Shown in pieces: positions 62,601-64,000 of a DNA stretch of 64,000 bases. Each line of letters starts with the position of its first letter. Position 1 is the stretch's first letter. Under the pieces are notes generated by a model. It was given only the letters and a program-made list of their open reading frames with translations, had not been told where the DNA came from and ran no database searches. The stretch covers positions 3,580 through 67,579 of the forward strand of contig JBAXUB010000006.1 of assembly GCA_037129895.1 (NCBI GenBank), read 5' to 3'. This DNA is from Candidatus Tayloriibacteriota bacterium. GTDB taxonomy: Bacteria; Patescibacteriota; Minisyncoccia; Phycocordibacterales; PALSA-1337. The position numbers and the translations under genes were made by a program.

Positions 62601-64000
62601 AGGTGGTGGTGCCAGCTAAGTCTGTAGCGAATAGTGAAGTTGAGTAGAATCTATTGATAACTCCTTGTATGAGATTGTCTGTGTTGATGGCGAGGGATGA
62701 GGTGGAAAGTGCGGAGACTGCACCGTTGGTGCCGAAGAGGAGACCTGAGAGTGAACCTACAGAGAGACCGCCAGTGGTTGTGGTGCCTGTGACTGATAGC
62801 GTTCCTGTGGCTGTAATGTTTGCAGCTGTTAGGTTGCCTGAGAAGTAGCCGTCTCCTACTACGGTGAGCTTGGAACTAGGAGATGAGGAACCGATGCCAA
62901 CTGATCCTTGAACAATTAAACCATTTGATGGTGCAGTATATGTACCAGCATAACTTGATCCGATAGCAGCTGAACCACCTACATCAAGACTATTTAAGAT
63001 TGACGCTACATTTACCCCTAGTCCATTCGGTACTGTAGTAGAAGCTCCACCTGTATCATACGGATAGCCTAATGGCGAAAAGGGCGCTGTCCACCTTGCA
63101 ATACCCTTAGAAACACGAAGCTCATCAACATATCCTTGATAGTAAAATGGTGTTGAATAATTAAGTTTTCCAATCGTCACATCATTCGTATTATTCATTA
63201 GTGACTCAACGCTAGTCCAGTGGTATATTTCGACTCCGTTCTTATATGTATAAAAGTCATTACCACTTCTTGTAACTGCCATATGTTGCCAAGTATTGAG
63301 AGTTACATCTCCCATTCTAATCCTATTACCGATATCCCATGAAACTCCATTTGAACTTGCTAAGAACTCCCACTTACCACTCTTTATTGTAATTCTGAAT
63401 GGTCCAAGAGAAGAAGCAGCAGATTTACTGATCACGTCTCCATCTTCATTGGTTGCTGTTGGGTATGCCCAGAAATCAATTGTGAAGTCTCCTGATCCAA
63501 ATTGAAAATCTAAACTGTTGGCGGCGCTCAGATAATCTCCCGTTCCATCAAAGTATGCTGCCTTACTTCCAAAATAATACTGAGTTGTGCTCTGTGTCAC
63601 GTCTCCACTAGGAGTTAAAGTACGTCCACTCGATGACGTATCAATAAACGTGTTTCCAGATCCTTCTGCAGGCATTAAGAGTTTAGTATAAGAGTCGTTT
63701 CCACCATATCCAGGCATGGCAGACGTACCAGCCCCTGAAACTATCAATGAACCAATAAACTGAGAGGTGCTTGTAGCACTACCTGTAAAAGTAGCACCGA
63801 CTATATTAGTAGCGTATAGGTCTCCAATGACAGTTAATTTATACGGAGGAGTAGAAGTCCCAATCCCCACATTCCCTCCATTGTAGTAAACACTAGTACC
63901 ATTCGTCGTCCACTGACTAGATACCTTGTTGTTCCAGTCTGTGGTAGATGCAGATAGAGGGATGATATAGCTAGGATTGAGTGAGAGTACTCCAGTAGAT
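56671..64000 (-). CDS. giant tail-fibre-like repeat protein (>2440 aa; 5' end beyond window) with C-terminal intramolecular-chaperone autoproteolysis domain and Pro/Thr-rich tail
   Basis: More than 10 copies of G-N-V-G-I-G-T-x-x-P-x-x-K-L-x-V. The track start at 63870 is GTG inside a repeat (the upstream in-frame sequence reads ...GGNVGIGTST). Region 63871-64000 duplicates 62366-62509 in frame, so the ORF very likely continues past the window. The C-terminal SDERLKNIQGNF...LNPILYKWKD...GFSAQNVQASIPEAV...LTLSDRPILAALVNSVKEL matches the Peptidase_S74 / CIMCD consensus. The final ~170 aa are a P/T/S-rich tail. Confidence 0.75.
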   Translation of the reverse strand, partial: STGVLSLNPSYIIPLSASTTDWNNKVSSQWTTNGTSVYYNGGNVGIGTSTPPYKLTVIGDLYATNIVGATFTGSATSTSQFIGSLIVSGAGTSAMPGYGGNDSYTKLLMPAEGSGNTFIDTSSSGRTLTPSGDVTQSTTQYYFGSKAAYFDGTGDYLSAANSLDFQFGSGDFTIDFWAYPTATNEDGDVISKSAASSLGPFRITIKSGKWEFLASSNGVSWDIGNRIRMGDVTLNTWQHMAVTRSGNDFYTYKNGVEIYHWTSVESLMNNTNDVTIGKLNYSTPFYYQGYVDELRVSKGIARWTAPFSPLGYPYDTGGASTTVPNGLGVNVASILNSLDVGGSAAIGSSYAGTYTAPSNGLIVQGSVGIGSSSPSSKLTVVGDGYFSGNLTAANITATGTLSVTGTTTTGGLSVGSLSGLLFGTNGAVSALSTSSLAINTDNLIQGVINRFYSTSLFATDLAGTTTSALAEGTNLYYTDVRSRNALSTTATGLQYATSTGVLSLNPSYIIPLSASTTDWNNKVSSQWTTNSSSVYYNGGNVGIGTTSPGVPLDIGWNSIGNSWARVMRNNNTHDAAFLIQSATAVTASTPQWGFGMPNGTDNFGIYTWDGASTITRRLTVDTSGNVGIGSTTPSSKLTVVGDGYFSGNLTAANITATGTLSVTGQSSLGNASTTNLSVSGQTYLAGSTAIGTNSFISGKTLSILGPMQINDATGDYIEFLPSSGGVPRINFYNSGVVNAALYADAIGLKTPDSFVVGNNLTVGGALSTAALGAGLGAGGGATGSLTLRPAINTSGFITFIENQVAAHAALGVQSGGNLRYYTSPNDFTSLSGTLRFSILKSNGNVGIGPYATPAAKLSVNGSGTTTGATFQTTDSDGVAKFTILDSGNVGIGTTSPLARLTVSGSGITTGKAFQVTDSTYAAKFTILDSGLTGVGTTTSAALIAVDNQTPSYSNSGGTGDRRTYVGTSEGGGTWHFYTLNSIIDGVLANNNTNAIQLAGGTTLNGSQFVTFDFGSPKIVTAAKNTFNFGESEGIWQWQGSNDNSTWTNIGGTSQLSSGVGGTGEYIMITLSTNSIGYRYYKLVSVSGTLDANGRRWEEIEFKISNGNDALSVTGNTSIVGSLSATGNAGFGSITLNSLVPLQTTMSITGAIGQSANLLSINTASTSLGDAMVVTAAKLTGIQQNAPIARLHIGSSTATTTYTNIYSTGNRTSIISMSETGSSWHQYTIPTLVDGSTNSTGITLTGGVVLDGSQSITFDFGSKKIIDSAKTYWSFTCPEGLWQWQGSNDNSNWTNIGTTTQLNDGSCTNGGTYIITTLSQNTTAYRYYKVMGMSGTLDAGYRYWFETEFQISDTYYTDMFVNDAASIGTDLALNAQLMLGTRFAARSILSLNGILSQTANYLNVTSNGGVAGDVFNISASGNASLGTSTAFARLSIQQAPGSTLPLFSIASTTSAGFATSSVFTVLANGNVGIGTMNPTEKLYVKGNLRLEPTIGTTAGLGSYFSFKRESDNWEPSRIEQLYSGAGYSGILTFLTNTGASASTTLTEKMRITSSGNVGIGTTTPSAKLDIYGTAGSANAFTVSSSSNARMFTIAANGNVGIGTENPGTILNIASNSGAALGYGDGLKINFADGTASDRPTVGFYRARGTVASPTNISTNDVLGSFSFFGYPSGSYLPLGTIRSVYDGTGGQFEIYGGQAAGGEPLRMVLQSGGNVGLGGTISSASTLAGASLVINAGNVGIGSTSPSAKLSVTGTGIATGRAFQIADSTNAPKVTVLDNGNVGIGTENPISILDIYNSMYAGVRIHAYTPLTGGAADSAVSSIFSGSTTNTTLSSAWKAVTLDIQQDNPTNGNFGAYEFRSAGGNISSAITGVFVDHTNGAPKGALSFSVTNGSATQNSALYIKENGSIGIGTTLPGYNLDVRGTMSALNSIGMRYIYGGVFGTSNECGTDGGHWMKIGTFVNNGAWIGSTLDVDLYAASSLGIPTRQHINVQGRNTASGIESMIVGLDTYNGSSGIRFVDNVVVVNTSGSGVTNQTFSVWVRFATSWICGISSEIRHTGTWTSGPATTLQPSSATITDAGTQYTINEYNFASNLSVSGNVGIGTISPTAKLHVSGTMRNDTFTTGTLVSDASGNITVSSDERLKNIQGNFNRGLSDVLTLNPILYKWKDVTGYDTLTTYAGFSAQNVQASIPEAVGVDSSGMLTLSDRPILAALVNSVKELSAMNVVKDIFSTSTMEEITAASASKTASSTVTAIVTSPTFISQLVSAIEKAIESTGNWILNKITAKQADVELVNSKTICLGSTCIDEEALKKMMVANSVSPVIPQTVIEPTSSTTPTTTGSTTATSTPEIIASSTVQVTLPEIVPHATSTPISIESATTTPIIEPPLQAEPPATSTASTEPPVISPAETPSESTPVTAPPAVEPPATPVPPPATEEPAPVI
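62015..62877 (-). repeat. perfect 86-bp in-frame direct repeat pair (62015-62100 and 62792-62877; 777-bp = 259-codon period) inside the giant gene
   Basis: actgatagcgttcctgtggctgtaatgtttgcagctgttaggttgcctgagaagtagccgtctcctactacggtgagcttgga occurs twice identically. Confidence 0.8.

Noticed and set aside
63868-63870. Annotated 'Met' start of the giant ORF at 63870.
   Set aside because: The codon is GTG within a GNVGIGT repeat. The upstream sequence stays in frame and repeats 62366-62509, so the gene continues beyond the window.

Overview
This is an AT-rich (about 40% GC), gene-dense bacterial chromosome segment. Its content suggests a small-genome, possibly CPR/Patescibacteria-like organism: a minimal dcw cluster, many aminoacyl-tRNA synthetases carrying low-complexity insertions, several giant cell-surface proteins, and candidate leaderless transcripts. 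The lineage assignment is inference.

Housekeeping genes found:
- Ribosomal proteins: rplM (3' fragment), rpsI, rplU, rplI, rpmA.
- Aminoacyl-tRNA synthetases: LysRS, ValRS, CysRS, GluRS, LeuRS.
- Cell wall and division: mrdA (PBP2), mraZ-rsmH-ftsL-ftsI-murF, murG, an M23 peptidase, CtpA, and an SLT-like protein.
- Replication and repair: dnaB-recR, rmuC.
- Others: greA, ychF, a YqeY-like protein, NUDIX, CorA, one tRNA-Glu.

Unusual content:
1. A REP/RAYT system (REPtron). A tyrosine transposase is flanked by 'GTAGAGGTC(T/A)GACCTCTAC' palindromes. At least 9 copies are dispersed, and one sits in-frame inside lysS.
2. LeuRS carries a ~190-aa alpha/beta serine-hydrolase (GHSLGA) domain inserted just before the CP1 editing domain.
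3. A tRNA-Glu-adjacent islet (ANT-like nucleotidyltransferase plus a RhuM-family protein) interrupts the dcw cluster.
4. A minus-strand operon at 53.1-64.0 kb encodes two paralogous membrane-anchored cohesin-like proteins, a secreted protein with a canonical C-terminal dockerin, and a giant (>2400 aa) protein truncated by the window edge. The giant protein is built of phage-tail-fibre-like 'GNVGIGTTSPxxKLxV' repeats and ends in an 'SDERLKNI' intramolecular-chaperone autoproteolysis (Peptidase S74-like) domain plus a Pro/Thr-rich tail.
5. A second giant (2135 aa) beta-propeller/FN3-repeat surface protein is co-transcribed with a MacB/FtsX-type ABC transporter whose ATPase has a repeat-containing C-terminal extension.

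Hand-derived coordinates for REPs, the tRNA, promoters and terminators are approximate (about ±3 nt).
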